Source: Chrysomallon squamiferum
Lineage: Eukaryota > Animalia > Mollusca
Length of the DNA stretch: 64,000 bases
Direction of reading: 5' to 3'
Assembly: GCA_012295275.1 (NCBI GenBank)
Contig: CM022675.1
Location: 6,820,001-6,884,000 of the forward strand
The notes below the pieces were generated by a model that saw only the letters and a list, made by a program, of their open reading frames with translations, did no database searches and had not been told where the DNA came from. Below, one piece after another: positions 41,182 to 55,449 of this stretch. The translations under genes were made by a program, and so were the position numbers. The first letter of the stretch is position 1. Every line of letters starts with the position of its first letter.

Positions 41182-44100
41182 CATTATTATTATTATCATT
41201 ATTTCAGAAAATCTGTGATAGGCAGTATGGTATACACAAGGTACATGCAAACTATGCGAGAGTGTTTGGAGAGTGGAGTACTATAGAAAAAGACATGGCT
41301 GAAGCCCTACAAAGCACTGGACACTACATGGATGTGTGAGTCTTTCATGTTTTGGATGCTACAGTATTACAGAAATAATTTGGCTTACGAAAAGCTTTGC
41401 AAATCCTGCCAATTTATTTATGAGAAAAATCATGAGTTGCTTCCCTTTGAAATTATTAATATTATTATTACTGTTGTTATTGTTTGGTGTTTTTTTTATA
41501 TATATATATATATCAGATAAAGTGTTATCAATAAATGCTATATCAGAAGAAGAATTATTGTTCATATTATTTATTATTATTGTTATTGTTATTGTTATTA
41601 TCTTTATTATATTATTATTATTCTTCATTATATGATTATTATTATAACTACTGCTACTGCTACTACCATCATTATTATTAATATTACTACTAATACTAAC
41701 ATTATTATTATCGTCATTATTACCATTATTATCTTTAGCATCATCATCATCATCATCATCATCATTATTATTATCATCATCATCCTTATTATCTTCGTCA
41801 TCATTACCATCACCATCATCGTCATCATCATCATTATTATTATTACAGATATGCATCATCAATAGATGCTATACTGGAGGAGACAGAACAGTATGCTGAT
41901 CAGTTGAAGGAGTATTTGGCGTTTGGCGAGTCGCTGAGGTCGGTGTGCAGGAAGTACGAGTGTCTACAGTATGACTTGGAGAAAGCAGAAGACAGCCTCT
42001 CATACAAAGCTTCACAGCGAGACATGATTGTAAGTGTCGTCCATATTTTATTTGAAGTATAATTTTTTAACGTTTTTTTATATAAAATGTGTTGTCAAAA
42101 TTTTATTTGATGTATAATTTTTTAACGTTTTTTTACTTAAAATGTGTTGTCGAAATTTTATTTGAAGTATAATTTTTTAATGTATTTTATATAAAATGGA
42201 AGTTTTGTTTTAAAATATAATTGTTTTTGTTTTTACGTATTTTATATAAAATACAAATTTTGTAATGATTTCATTTCAAATATGATTTATTTATGTTTAT
42301 TTTATATAAAATGTAAGTTTTCTTATCCAGTTTGTTTTAAAATATTATTTTCTTTTATGTATTTCATAAAATATAAATTTGTTAATAGTTTTATTTCAAA
42401 TATAATTTTATTTACGTTTTTTAATATAAAATATAAGTTTTCTTACCCAGTTTGTTTTAAAATATAAGTTTTGTTATTCTGATTTTATTTGAAATATAAT
42501 TTTGTTCTTCATTTATGTTTATTTTAAATAAGTTTAATTAAAATACGAGCTTTGTTCCTCAAATTTTGTTTGAAATATAAATTTTGTTATTAAACTTTGA
42601 TTTAAAATATAAATTTTGTTACTCAAATTTTAATAAAATAAATGTTTATTTTATTCAGTTTTTATTTATATAAAAGATTTTTAATACACATTTTATCGAA
42701 AATACTAGTTTTGTTGCTCAGTTTTTATTTAAAATTATGTTTGGAATATAAATTTTGTATACCAGACTTATTTGAAAATACAGAAAATATAATTTTATCA
42801 GTCAGATATTATTTTAAAATGTTATTCAGATGTTACCCAATTTTTACTTAAAATACAAGTTTTTTGAATTTTATTAAAATATTTTTAAATATAAGTTTTG
42901 TTTACTCAAATTCTATTTAATATTTAAATTTTTATTTTATTATTCAAATAACTTGAGTACATATAATAATTTCTTTTTATTTTGTTCTTTTTTTTCTTTA
43001 ATGTGTCTTTGCTAGCAGCAAGGAAAATCTCCTGGCAGTTTTTCTATCAGTGGAATGAAAAGTAAAATATTTGGAAACGACACACCTGAACAGCGAGAAC
43101 AGAAACTGAAACAACTGGAGGAGCAGATCAAGCAAGCAGAGGTAGACCTGAAGCAAACAAACGAAGAAACCGCGTAAGTGATACACAGAAAATTTATTTG
43201 TTGATCAACAAGGAAATGGGGGTTTGTATTTGTTGTTATTTTGTTAATAAGTGAAGAAATGGGGTTTATATTTGTTAATAAGTGAAGAAATGGGGTTTAT
43301 ATTTGTTAATAAGTAAAGAAATGAGGTTTATATTTGTTAATAAGTAAAGAAATGAGGTTTATATTTGTTAATAAGTAAAGAAATGAAGTTTATATTTGTT
43401 AATAAGTGAAGAAATGGGGTTTATATTTGTTTATATTTTGTTAATAAGTAAAGAAATGAAGTTTATAGTTGTTAATAAGTAAAGAAATGAGGTTTATATT
43501 TGTTATTATTTTGTTACTAAGTGAAGAAATGAGGTTTATATTTGTTATTATTTTGTTAATAAGTGAAGAAATGAGGTTTATATTTGTTAATACATTATTA
43601 ATAAGTGAAGAAATGGGGTTTATATTTGTTAATAAGTAAAGAAATGGGGTTTGTATTTGTTATTATTTTGTTAATATGTGATGAAATGAATTTTGTATTT
43701 GTTATTATTTTGTTAATAAGTGAAGAAATGAGGTTTATATTTGTTAATATTTTGTTAATAACTGAAGAAATGAGGTTTATATTTGTTAATATTTTGTTAA
43801 TAAGTGAAGAAATGAGGTTTATATTTGTTAATATTTTGTTAATAAGTGAAGTAATGAATTTTATATTTGTTATTATTTTGTTATTATTTTGTTAATAAGT
43901 GATAAAAAGAAGTTTATATCGTTAGCTTATCAAGCATAGAATATATTTTTATTTTGTAACTTTTGGTTAATCACTGGTACAACTAAAATAATCAGAGAAA
44001 TGGTTCTTATCTTTGATTAAGAAGTAAGTAATTGGTTTAAAAACTAAAATAAAAAACAGGCTGAGGCAGTATTGAAATAAATGAACAAAGAAAGAGCATA

Positions 44101-45211
44101 TTTTGTCACCTTTGGTTAAATAACAAAAAAATTTGGTTTTAAGATAAAAATGAAGTTGTTTGGTACAGTGTAAAATTGTTTTTTGATTTTTTTTTTTTTT
44201 TTTATATTTTATTAATCTGTATTTTAATCTATATATAATTTTTTTTTTATTTAGCAAATTTGTAGAAGCTGCTCTGAGAGACATAGAAAGATTCAAAAGG
44301 CAGAAAGCAAAAGATTTAAAAGAAATTTTTACTAATTTTGCAATTATGCAGATAAAGGAATGCAAGAAGGTTTGTTTTATATTAGACTTTAATAATAATT
44401 TATGTCATATATAACTCATTAAGCTTTGTTCTGGGTTGTGCACTCACTCATAAAGGCTGTCAAATTTTAGCTCTGATGTAAGATGTAATTACCAGGAATT
44501 CTTATACTGATGGGTCCAGAGGATTGTATGAGTTAGATCTGAAGACAAAAAATAAACTGAAAGAGAAAATCTAAAACAAATTTCTGTTATAAGTAATAAC
44601 TTTGTAGTAGAACAGATGTAATTATATTTTAACTTGATTCCAAAAAAATTAACTAATTTACAGGGCATTGATAAAAAAATATAAAAAAAAATCTGTGTTT
44701 ATAATAACTTTGTACTAGAATACATGTAGATATATATATATATATTAAATTGATTCTAAAAATCTTGACTCTAATATAACATGTAATTACTGGGAATTCC
44801 TATACTGAGTGGTGCAAAGGATTGTATGAGTTAGCTCTGAAAATTGAAAATATGAAGAACCTTTGTTATAGCCAATAACTTTGTACCAGAATAGATGTAG
44901 TTATATATTAACTTGTTGCTAAAAAATCCTAGTTCTAATTTACAGGTATTGCTAAGAAAATATAAAAAAAAAAGTCTGTAATAAAATATATTTTTGTAGT
45001 TGAATAGATGTAATTATATATTAAGTTGTTGCTAAAAAATCTTAACTCTAATTTACAGGGCATTGATAAGAAAATATAAAAATTTAAGTAATACTTTTGT
45101 ACTAGAATAGATATATTTATATATTCACTTGTTTCTAAAAAAAAATTTAACTCTAATTTACAGGGAATTGCTATATGGACGAGTGCAAAAGATTGTATCA
45201 GCAAGATTTGA
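36517..45211 (+). CDS. SNX4: Sorting nexin-4, PX-BAR (spliced, 13 exons, about 436 aa)
   Basis: Join 36517-36624,37089-37195,37387-37525,37978-38055,39231-39302,39906-39953,40137-40192,40642-40714,41208-41335,41849-42029,43016-43173,44255-44369,45164-45211 gives 1311 nt in frame. Motifs SLWRRYSEFELLRNYL, PPLPEK, ADSRLKALNASFR and C-terminal GIAIWTSAKDCISKI resemble SNX4. The exon-2 acceptor is uncertain. Confidence 0.9.
37089..37195 (+). CDS. SNX4: SNX4 exon 2 (PX start)
   Basis: TTLLQWMDITVSEPEKRT...YLVETR; donor AG|gtatt; no canonical AG at the expected 5' boundary. Confidence 0.75.
37387..37525 (+). CDS. SNX4: SNX4 exon 3 (PX: SLWRRYSEF...PPLPEKK)
   Basis: ccaag|A ... AAG|gtgac. Confidence 0.92.
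37978..38055 (+). CDS. SNX4: SNX4 exon 4
   Basis: cgtag|GCA; ASYTWLNSPTDKLDPEFVERRRNALE; donor gtttt. Confidence 0.88.
38085..38400. repeat. ~67 bp tandem repeat (aaatagcttaatacagttagtaaacaacttacatcattacagataatttatttatttgtattta) x5
   Basis: Near-identical copies directly after SNX4 exon 4. Confidence 0.85.
39231..39302 (+). CDS. SNX4: SNX4 exon 5
   Basis: ttcag|ATT; IFLLRVAAHPVICNDKIFMGFLQQ; donor gtaat. Confidence 0.88.
39906..39953 (+). CDS. SNX4: SNX4 exon 6
   Basis: tgcag|GAG; ENSWKDLVYATDFQSK; donor gtaagt. Confidence 0.85.
40137..40192 (+). CDS. SNX4: SNX4 exon 7
   Basis: ttcag|GCT; ADSRLKALNASFRLKKPD; donor gtcagt. Confidence 0.88.
40642..40714 (+). CDS. SNX4: SNX4 exon 8
   Basis: ttcag|A; RFEEIKNYSNELENNISNILKIRA; donor gtgagt. 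Confidence 0.88.
40730..41200. repeat. Long (TTA/CTA/TTG)n trinucleotide microsatellite tract in SNX4 intron 8
   Basis: Simple repeat; source of the poly-I, poly-L and poly-T ORFs. Confidence 0.9.
41208..41335 (+). CDS. SNX4: SNX4 exon 9
   Basis: ttcag|AAA; KICDRQYGIHKVHANYARVFGEWSTIEKDMAEALQSTGHYMD; donor gtgagt. Confidence 0.9.
41849..42029 (+). CDS. SNX4: SNX4 exon 10
   Basis: tacag|A; YASSIDAILEETEQYADQLKEYL...QYDLEKAED...; donor gtaagt. Confidence 0.9.
43016..43173 (+). CDS. SNX4: SNX4 exon 11
   Basis: TAGCAG tandem acceptor; FSISGMKSKIFGNDTPEQREQKLK...; donor gtaagt. Confidence 0.88.
43210..43920. repeat. Minisatellite (ttgttaataagtgaagaaatgaggtttatat) about 18 copies
   Basis: Direct recurrence; explains ORF 43605-43895. 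Confidence 0.9.
44255..44369 (+). CDS. SNX4: SNX4 exon 12
   Basis: tttag|C; KFVEAALRDIERFKRQKAKDLKEIFTNFAIMQIKECKK; donor gtttg. Confidence 0.88.
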
Positions 45212-45235
45212 AGATAGAAAATAAACTGAAATTTA
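44470..45235 (+). repeat. Degenerate tandem duplication of the SNX4 last intron/exon junction (about 120-170 bp units)
   Basis: ctaatttacaggg(c/a)attg recurs at about 44653, 44935 (variant), 45048 and 45153. Exon-body look-alikes lie at about 44487-44560 and 44785-44845. Confidence 0.8.
45164..45211 (+). CDS. SNX4: SNX4 terminal coding exon (GIAIWTSAKDCISKI*)
   Basis: tttacag|GGA; phase 0; resembles the SNX4 C-terminus GIxxWTxAKxC. Confidence 0.85.
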   Translation, partial: GIAIWTSAKDCISKI

Positions 45236-48070
45236 TTTACAGAATATGAAGAATTCACGAAGAAAACAAAAATATTAAATATTTAGAGAACAAAAGATTT
45301 AGCTTCTCTCAAGTCATTCCTGTCACAGTGGCTTGGATTGTGTTCATTCAGGCATGAAATTCCTCAATTCCTTTGTTTCGTTTACTTCTCTGTAGACTTT
45401 AAAGTATACCTATTGTGATGCAGATTTAGTCTCGATAATTTTTTGTTTTTTAAATCTTACGAATGACTATTTTTATTTTTTATTGAAAAAGTGTAGTTGT
45501 GGAGCTGAAAACTTACTGCATAAATACATTTTTATGTTTGCAAGTGATATTTTTAATTTTTATTTTTTATTTTTATTTTTACTTTTTTTACTTTTTTTTT
45601 TTGAAATTCACGTTGTGAAGTGAAGATGTATTCTATACACATTAGTAATGGCAATATTGTTTATTTACAATTTAGATCAGTTTTTGCTGACAATAAACTG
45701 TGGTAATGTTATGACAAGAGATTCATTATGGACTAGCAGTATTATGAATTACAGAGATATGGTAAAAAAAAAAAAAGTAATAATAATAACCAGAAAATAA
45801 TACTAATAATGAAGAAAACAGAATATAATAAATATAGTTAACAGCTTAACCTCTGATAAAGGGTTATGAATTTCCTATAAGAGTCATTTATGTATTTCTT
45901 CATTTCTTTTTTTCGTTTTCCTTTATTTCTTTCTTTCTTTATTTATTACTTTCTCTGTACAGTGACAGAAAGTACACAGAACAATAACATAAAATATAAA
46001 ACTTCACAAAATATAAGACATCAGAAGTATAAAACCAGTGTATTGTATTTTTCTGCCACACTTAATTCTTAGCAAAGATTGGGTTGAGGAATAATAACAG
46101 TTAACTTGGAATTTAATAGAACGTATTTACAGAGATACGATTGCACCCTATCAGGCATATTTTTAACAAAAAAAACCTTTAAAAATGACCCCAATCAGTT
46201 TTCTCAGTATATTTTGTAAAATGATTAGTTGCTGAATTCCATAGGATCACTGTAATAAAAAAAAAAACCTTGACAGATTAGGTGGAATATACAAAATATA
46301 TTCAAGATGCTAATGCCCAGATGTATTCTCTATGCTAATGCCATATATACTTTGTCTCGTATACCTCATTTATTGATTTAAAAAAATGATTTGTAAATTG
46401 AAAAAAAATGTTTATAGCATGTAAAAAGAATATAAAAATATTAGCATGTTTATACCACTTGTTGTTTTCAAGCACAGGCAATATCTTTGCAAGCCAAAGG
46501 GATTTTGCCATTAGTGTTGCCATAGAGTGAGATTAGTGATTTTCATTGGTTGCTGAGATTGTTGTATTAACCAATCACATTGTTTGTTTCTGAATTCGTT
46601 TTGTTAGAGGTACTGGCATTGGTTTAATTTATTGACCATCATTTATGTGATAAATACTATTTATATTTTGAAATGTACTGGATTATTTTATAAGAAATCA
46701 TTTTATGAAGGTTAATGTTAAACATAAATTTTGAATTTTACACAATACACATTAACAAGAAAAATACTACTAGATAAGATAAAAATATTACCTAAATGGT
46801 TTTTAATAAATTAAGAATCAATTGTGAATAAAAGATAAAATTTTCTATAAGAAATGAAATATATATATATGTTATTATCATATTTTACTATTAGAATAGT
46901 CTCATAAATTAATTTATTAAAGTTGTAAGTTTGAAGTATAAATTATTTTTACACTGTACTTCTATTCATATACCACAAAATCATTTCAGTGTTAACACAG
47001 TTATTATCATTATTATTATTTATTTGTTTTTTTATTTCTTTAAAAAACCATCTGCCTCTGATTTTTGTTACAATTTTGTGATTTTTATTGTCTTCTTACT
47101 ATTATTTTTACATTTTGTAAAAAAATAATAATAAAATAAATAAATAAATAAATAATAATTATTATTATTATTATAATGCCAACCAAATACATTTATTTTT
47201 TGAATATATTATTTATTTATTTATTTTACATTTTAACTAAATAAACCATTGTTATGATTCTAGTCCATTCTAGCTGCATTCTAAGAAGTCTGGAGGAAAT
47301 CTGGATTCTTGGTTGCAAAGTTGCAATAGGGAAAGACAAATTAATAGTAATAAAATAAGAGAAAATATTGTATATGCATATGAATAGTTTATCTAAATTA
47401 CAGTGTAATGTATTTCTTTTTCTTTTTTTTTTATTATTATTATTACTATTTTTTTTTATTATTATTATTATTATTTATAACAAAAACAAATTTTTAAATT
47501 TGGCTGAATCAGTTTAATAAATAAAGTTGAAAATTTTCTTGAATAATTTGCATCAGTACATTAGTGTAATTTATAGATATCAGAGAATAATTTTCATCAC
47601 ATTAATTATGATATAAACGGTGTGAATTTGTGTGTGAGTGAGTGGGTGTGTGTATAAAAACATATTAATTTATTGCTATGGAATATAGGGATAAGACAAA
47701 TAATTTTGTTTGGAAATTCAGAAATTGTAATTTAATGACTATAATACATTACATAAACAAAGTGCAATATTTTCTATATGTTAATGTTTAAAATGAATAC
47801 TTTATGTATTATTATTATTAGCTTGGCAGTTTATTATACATGTATTTTTTTTTTCTGTGTAGAATGAGAGGGTGGGCAATCATAATTACTTGACAAACAG
47901 ACTGTGGGTCTAAGTAATTAAGACTTTTATTTAGCTCTGAAATTCACTGACAAATGATGCACTGCAAACTAATAAACTGCTTTATAAGCTGAGTCAGACT
48001 AAATTTTCAAAGTTACTGTTTTTGTTAATATCATTTAATTAACTAATATTTTTTTGATTGATTGATTACC

Positions 48071-48106
<36 letters not shown>

Positions 48107-48211
48107 TTATTAATATTAGTGTTATTGTCATTGAAAACAACCTCATCTGTTAAAAAAGTAATGAAAACAAAAGCAGTTATAAGATTGTTTATTATATATT
48201 TTGTATTTATT

Positions 48212-48264
<53 letters not shown>

Positions 48265-49272
48265 TAAATGAAAGAAAACAGAAATATTTAAGTCTTTTAG
48301 AATCAATTTGTAATAGATGATCAATCACTGATACGAAAAAATAAATAATTCACTGTTAGGGTAGTTTCATAAAATCTTCATCAATCTGCAATCATGAGGT
48401 AAAAAATTCATTATTATCGTGGGACCAGTATACTGTGTTGAATGTTGTGAAAAAATAATAAATATTTAATATGTGTCAATAAATATTATGTACCATATGA
48501 ATTTTGTTTTTGTTGTTATTAACCATTTTGTGAAACTGAAAAGTGCAATGAGACCTAAAACAAAATGGAAGCAGACTTAATCGTTATGTCCCTCACAAAA
48601 TGTGTTTTACAAATTAATAAATGCTGTAAAATTCCAAATATATAATAAGAAGTGATCTTTGGTTACTGTCGAATTTGAATCCATCATTATTTTAAATAAC
48701 TTTTTAATTTATTTAATTTATTGGCAATTTTGATATTCTATGTTGAATGTTTGAAAAAAAAAAAAACGCGGTTTATTTCTTTTTCACAAGAACTGTTTCT
48801 GTTGAAAACCTAACCTAAATTTTGTTCATTTACCGCGTTTATACAGTTAATACACCACACTTTTGTTATCTTTTGTGGGAACGTAATTTCAACGGCAATG
48901 CCCCCGACCAAAAAAAAAAAAACAAACAACAACAACATGGGAACGTAATATTGCCATTTTTAAGTTTTTTAAATTAACAGAGTTACTTCCCTTCATCTAA
49001 CTAGCCATCAGCTGTTAGAATTAAGTTCAGTCAGGTCATTTGTTTCGTTATTCATTATTAGATTTTATTGTTAACAGAACGAAATAATCATCATGAAAGT
49101 AATCATAACAAAACTGTCCCATAAAGCCTTCCAGTTAATTAGTAGCTATAAAGTTGTATACAAACGTAATAATATAAAAAGCCAATCAGAACACTATTTT
49201 AATACATAACATAAAACAAAGAGTAGAGCTTTTTTGTTTTATCCATTATCATTAGTATATTGTTATTATTGC

Positions 49273-49319
<47 letters not shown>

Positions 49320-49741
49320 TGTCATCACCATCATCACCATCATCATCATCATTATTACTACTGTTACTACTATTACTGCTACAACTACCATTATTATTGT
49401 TATTGTTCTTGTTGTTTGAAAAAGTAATGTTTATTCACATCATTTGTTTTTCACAGTAAAAGAATCAATCTTAAGTCTGTTACAAGAATGTCTGCAGTCA
49501 CTTATCCACTTTACCTACAAATTTTAACAGCTTAGGTCTGATGGAAATTTACCGTGAACATCAAAACGGTTTCCGAGAATAAATTAACGTCTACAAGTGG
49601 TAAAAGTGAATTGTTTTTGAACGGTTACATGTATCTTTTTAGAAAGATTCTTTAAGTTTTCTGCTCGAAGTTTAGAGGTAGCCCCACGCCCGGTTTATCA
49701 AAGAACTCTGAATTTGTGAAAACTGACCACATTCTCTCTCA

Positions 49742-49794
<53 letters not shown>

Positions 49795-50630
49795 CTAATT
49801 TCATTTGAAGCTTAGAAACTCTTTAAGATATACATAAACGTCTAGATGAAAGTTTTCATGACTTATTCAAGATAATTCAGAATCGTATTTTAACTACAAA
49901 ATTTCAGTCCAGTTGTTATGCGTTTCGATGTTATCTATTTTTATGTGCGTTTGTAACACTGCATATGTGTATGCTGTGTGTGTGTGTGTGTGCGTGCGTG
50001 CGTTTGTGTTCGAGTACGTTTCTAAGACTGCGACGCCCTAGATCAACTGTTATTGAAATAAAATTTCTGCCCTGTAAATATATATATTTAAATATCCGTT
50101 ACCTACTAAATTCTTTCTTTTTTTCTTTATATTTATTTATTTATTTTTGTCAGAAATATTATAAAAGCTAATTTCATGATAAAAAATATAACTATTTACG
50201 AAGACTAGTAGCGACATGTGTTCAAACTTAGGGCATGTCAATACGCTCTTGAAAACATTTTTTTTTTCTTTTTCTTTTTTCCGTTTTTTCCTCTTTTTTT
50301 TTAAGCGCACTTGACAATTCCTTCCAGTCGATAGTCTTGTTTAGAAATATGTAGAATTCCTTTACAATGCTGGGTCACTGCATAATTACGGTTAGATTTC
50401 TTTTCGGCAATTTCCTTACACATGCAACTTTGGTCTCCTCCCCCTTAACCCAAATATTTATAGTTTTAAAAATCTTGAGAATCTTGCGTAGTTCACCACG
50501 TCTTTGCAGCGAAATTAAAAATTATGGTAATGGAATATCGTTTTGCACAAATAGCCAAAATATTTTTGGTGTTTGTTTTGGGTGCAATATTCTCATTGAA
50601 ATGTTAATATGGAATATTTAGAAAAAAAAA

Positions 50631-50700
<70 letters not shown>

Positions 50701-50908
50701 TTGTTTCTTTTTCTTTTTCTTTTGTCTATTCTTTGTCGACCCTCTTGTACACTCTCTTACTATCTCTATCCTAATCATTACCGATCATGTAGAACTTAAT
50801 ACGGACTTGTGTATATATGTGCCATTTTAAGTAAATATTATATAATAATTTAAGCATTTATTTTGGTCTTACACTTATTCTGTTCTTCCGATCTTTCATT
50901 TAACTTTT

Positions 50909-50986
<78 letters not shown>

Positions 50987-52081
50987 GAATACATATTCAA
51001 ATACACTGTATACACAATCAAATGTAATTAATTATCAAGTAGGACTCGACTGGTTGTTAGTTATATTTAATTTTCTATGAAACAAAAATAACATTGCGTA
51101 GAGTAACAAAAATAAATAAAATGTCACTGACTGAATTCCAGCTCTTTAAATATAATCGGTGAGTACCTGATAAATAAAATAAAATAAAATAAAATAAAAT
51201 AAAATAAAATAAAATACTATATTATAAAATAATATGAAATAAAATGTATTTATTTATTTATTTATTTATTATTTTACCAAAAGGCAATTGCAGTTTTCTT
51301 TCTTTATCATTATTTCAAAAAAAAAAAATTTTTGATATCGGAATGGGTGTGTGTATGAGTGCATCGGAGGTATTCGTAAAATTATCGAATTTTACCGTCT
51401 ACTGAATTGTCGTCTGCTGCAACAAAAGTGCACGTCTGCTACCCGTAACGACCTTGGCTCCGTGACGTCTGATCTAAATTGATTTTACGTAAATCTAATT
51501 TTACGCACTTGCAGAAATAGCACGCTTCAGTAAAAGTTAAATAAAAGACTTAATTCATTTATTGTCGCTTGTAATATTATTCAACTGATAACCCTAATGT
51601 TCGATAACCCTAACAAACGTTAGCATACTGGTTCAAAAGACATTCACACTGTTTAAAAACATACTATCGCTTTTTTCGAAAAGAAAAATAAATACTTTAA
51701 ATATGTCAGAAACGTTCTAAATTGTTTCAGAGTGTATTTCAAGTTTGCCCCGTCTACGGTGTTATAAATCACGGTGGATCGTTTGGGTGTCCTGCAACGA
51801 TTCCAAAAAGTCTGGGAAAACTCGAGGAAACTGATTCCTATTGGAACCAGCTGTCTTTATCTACGGAGTGCCGTTTGTGTCATACATACTAGGATAATGT
51901 AGCAATGTTATAAAGTGAATTAGTGACATGGTTATATGCTTTGTTAGTAGTCGCAGTTTGCTAGTGTGATGTTTTTAACAAATAATAATAATAATCATAA
52001 AATAAATAAGAAAGAAAGAATCAAACAAACAAACAACAACAACAATAAATACTTATTTATGACAAAGTATATAATGATAAT

Positions 52082-52129
<48 letters not shown>

Positions 52130-52233
52130 CAATTATATGATGATAATGATGATGAATAATTTCGTACCATATACATCATTGCAGTTGTTTATACAGCAAC
52201 CAATGTTGGTGTGATTCCTCGTTTTTTATTATT

Positions 52234-52313
<80 letters not shown>

Positions 52314-54348
52314 ACTTATCATGTAACATAAAAGTGCACATGCACTCACGTACCATAAAGGTTGCACTTGCACATACGCGCATTCACAATGTCTAGAATA
52401 TCAAAGACACGGAAATCACATAATCGTGTCTAAATGCCAAAAGACATAGTTTTAATCTAAAAACACAAGAAATGCATTCGAAATGAGTTATTTTGGAAAT
52501 ATATGTGACAAGTCCTAATGAAATTCATCAGCTTAAATGTGTTGCCTATTATTGCATGGTGTTTTTCGACTAAAACAAAACTAATACGTTATGCTCGATA
52601 ACAACTTCGCAATGTCAGAATTGTAAAAATAAAAAGGAATTTCCGATCCAGAAAAAAAAGGTGCTGTTTTTTTCTTTCTTTTTTCTCTTCATTTTTTAAA
52701 ATATATTTATTTCCTTTTTATTATATATATATTTTTAAATTTCCTTATTAGTCAACTTTCATCTCTCCTTTTTTCTTTCTCTCGCTCAGAATCTGTTTAT
52801 CCATTCCTGTGTTTCTGTTTTTCTTTCCTATTTTCTTTCTCAATGTTTTATTTGGTTTCATTCACTCACTCATATTGTTTTTCTCTTTCATTCATTCTGT
52901 CCTTCACTCTGTCTACCTTTCATTCTACACACACACACACATATATATATATAGATATAGATAGATTTGCCTGTCAGTCCTGTTCCTTTATCTGTCTTTT
53001 TCTTTCTTTGTCTGTCGTTCTTTTTCCTTTCCCAAAATAATAAGACAATTTGTAAACAAAAAACAGATTCTTTGTCCATTTTCAAATCTATATCAATAAA
53101 TGATATTTTCTATTCATATTTAAAAAAAAATAATATTAACATTACAGAATCATAAAGATATTGTTCTGTGTTGTAAGAAAACCAATTATTTAATTCATTG
53201 TTTGTTATTCGTAATTAGAAACTAAATTACATTACACTGTCATAAAGATAAGGCTATTAAAAGAGACTAAAACGCGAGATATTTAATTCAGTGTTAATTA
53301 TTGTTAATTATAATCTACGCTCTACAAAAATAAAATAAAATAGTTAAAAAAAACTGCCCGCTCAGCGTATTTTTTGATGGTCATTTGCACAGCTGAGATA
53401 GCAGAAGACATGTTTTTTTTTTTTTTTTTTTTTAAATCTTTTTATAGAAAATGTAAACAAAACCATGAACTCTAGCAAGAGAGTGGAACATCAGACCCGG
53501 GGAGGTTTGTTTATGACCTTTGGGGTCAGCACGATACGCTGCTTTGATGGCTTGCAGACGTAACCTACATCTAGAATTTTCCCGATTAGCGTTGAAGTCA
53601 AAACCAAACGATAAAGTAAAATTTGCCAAAAAAAAAAGAACCCCAAAATATAAACAACCACGGTTAGACAGACATTGCTTATTTTTGCATTACTATTTAT
53701 ACATGTGAGTAGTTTAATGGAAAATAATAATAATAATAAATTTGCTTTGCAAAAAAAAAAAAAAAAAAAAAAGGGACACACCAAAATAAAAATAATAAAA
53801 ATAATAATAAAAACACGTACTGATAGAAGTAAACTAAAACAAACGAAAATAAGTAAATAAACGCTATTGTGCTTATCATTATTATTACTTTGAATTTGCA
53901 TTTATAACTGATCGATCATCTTAAAAAAAACAAAAAACAAAAACACAACAACAACAAACAAACAAACTCAACTGACAGTAATAAAAGCAAACAGTAAACT
54001 TGACAGTAGTAGTAGTAGTTATGGCAATACTAGAAACAGTTATCGTATTCGTAATAATATTGTTTAAGCCCAGAAATAGAGAAAATTATTTATTTAAACA
54101 AACTATGTTTGTTTGTTATTTGTTTATTTATTTTTATTATCGCGATATCTCACAATATTTATTATTTATTAGTTATCAATAAATAAATAAATAATGATGA
54201 TGATGACAATGATGATGAGTATTATTATCACTATTATTATTACAGAAACGCAGAGTAATGGACGGTTAGACAGATAAAAATAGAGATATAAGATAACTAA
54301 TATAAATAGAAACATAGACAAAAAGATAATAAGAAAATAAATTAATGA

Positions 54349-54392
<44 letters not shown>

Positions 54393-54865
54393 ACATAAAG
54401 AATGAAAAAAATCGACACCTGAACAAAAACACATGCAGTCAGTCACTTAAGAAGAAGATAACGACACAATATCGCGATATGCATGTTACTTAATTTAATT
54501 ACACTGTTGGGTCTAATGAGCCGTGTAACTACTTGTTCTTAAACGAAACAGAAGAAAAAAAAAATAAGAAGCTAAAAAAGAAGAAGTAGAAGAAGAAGAC
54601 AATGAAGACTCAGGAGAGGAGAAGATAATGGAAATTTCAAAAAAAAAAAAAAAAAAAAAATGAATAAGAAGAAGAATAAGAAGAAGAAATAGTAAGAAGA
54701 AGAAGAAGAAGAAGAAAATAAGACATCAAAGGGACAAAAGATTAAGAAACTGAGTAAGACGTTTTAGACAGAAACAATGAAAAGTTAATAGCCAAACTGA
54801 AGATATTATATTAACAGTATTTATAGAGAAAAAACTACAAGAACATTAATGACAGTGAAGAATAT

Positions 54866-54896
<31 letters not shown>

Positions 54897-55393
54897 AAGA
54901 AAAGAAGAAGTAATAATAAAATATATTTCTGAAAGGAAATAAAGTAAGAAAGAAAGAAAACGGAGAAAGAATTAATGCAAACGGAAAATAGATAGAATAG
55001 CAGAAAGAAAGAAAGAATAAAGAAAACAAAGAAGAAAGAATTAGTAGTGAAATTAAAAGAACAATTAATAACATATATAATATGTAATTTTAATAATAAT
55101 AATAATTTTAATAATAATAATTATAATTATAATAACAGCAATAAACATGCACTTATATGCACGAAGTTAACAAAGTCAACGACACTTCAGACAATCAACA
55201 TTTCAAAAAAGATAAAACTCGCCAAGCTTTCTCATGAAGCCGAACTGAAATAACAAGAAAAAAAAAAAAAAAAAAAAAAAAAAGAATTAAAATTAAAAAC
55301 ACCACGATTGATCAGATTTCATCTGCATTTCATAAACAACTTGGAAAATATCAGGCTAGAGAAGGAAAATAAGCAACGGCTCCAGGACAACAG

Positions 55394-55449
55394 CAAAGGT
55401 CAGCAAGAAAGGCGCTGATTGGCTCGGTGTTCACGCATGCCATATAAAA
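55394..55449 (+). promoter_or_regulatory. Core promoter of gene 3: inverted CCAAT (ctgattggct 55415-55424) + TATA (tataaaa 55443-55449); nuclear-receptor-like caaaggtca at 55394
   Basis: Motifs are seen directly, about 290 nt upstream of the signal-peptide ATG. Confidence 0.6.

Noticed and set aside
46470-46525. Alternative SNX4 terminal exon candidate (cag|GCAATATCTTTG...)
   Set aside because: No similarity to the SNX4 C-terminus; 45164-45211 fits much better.
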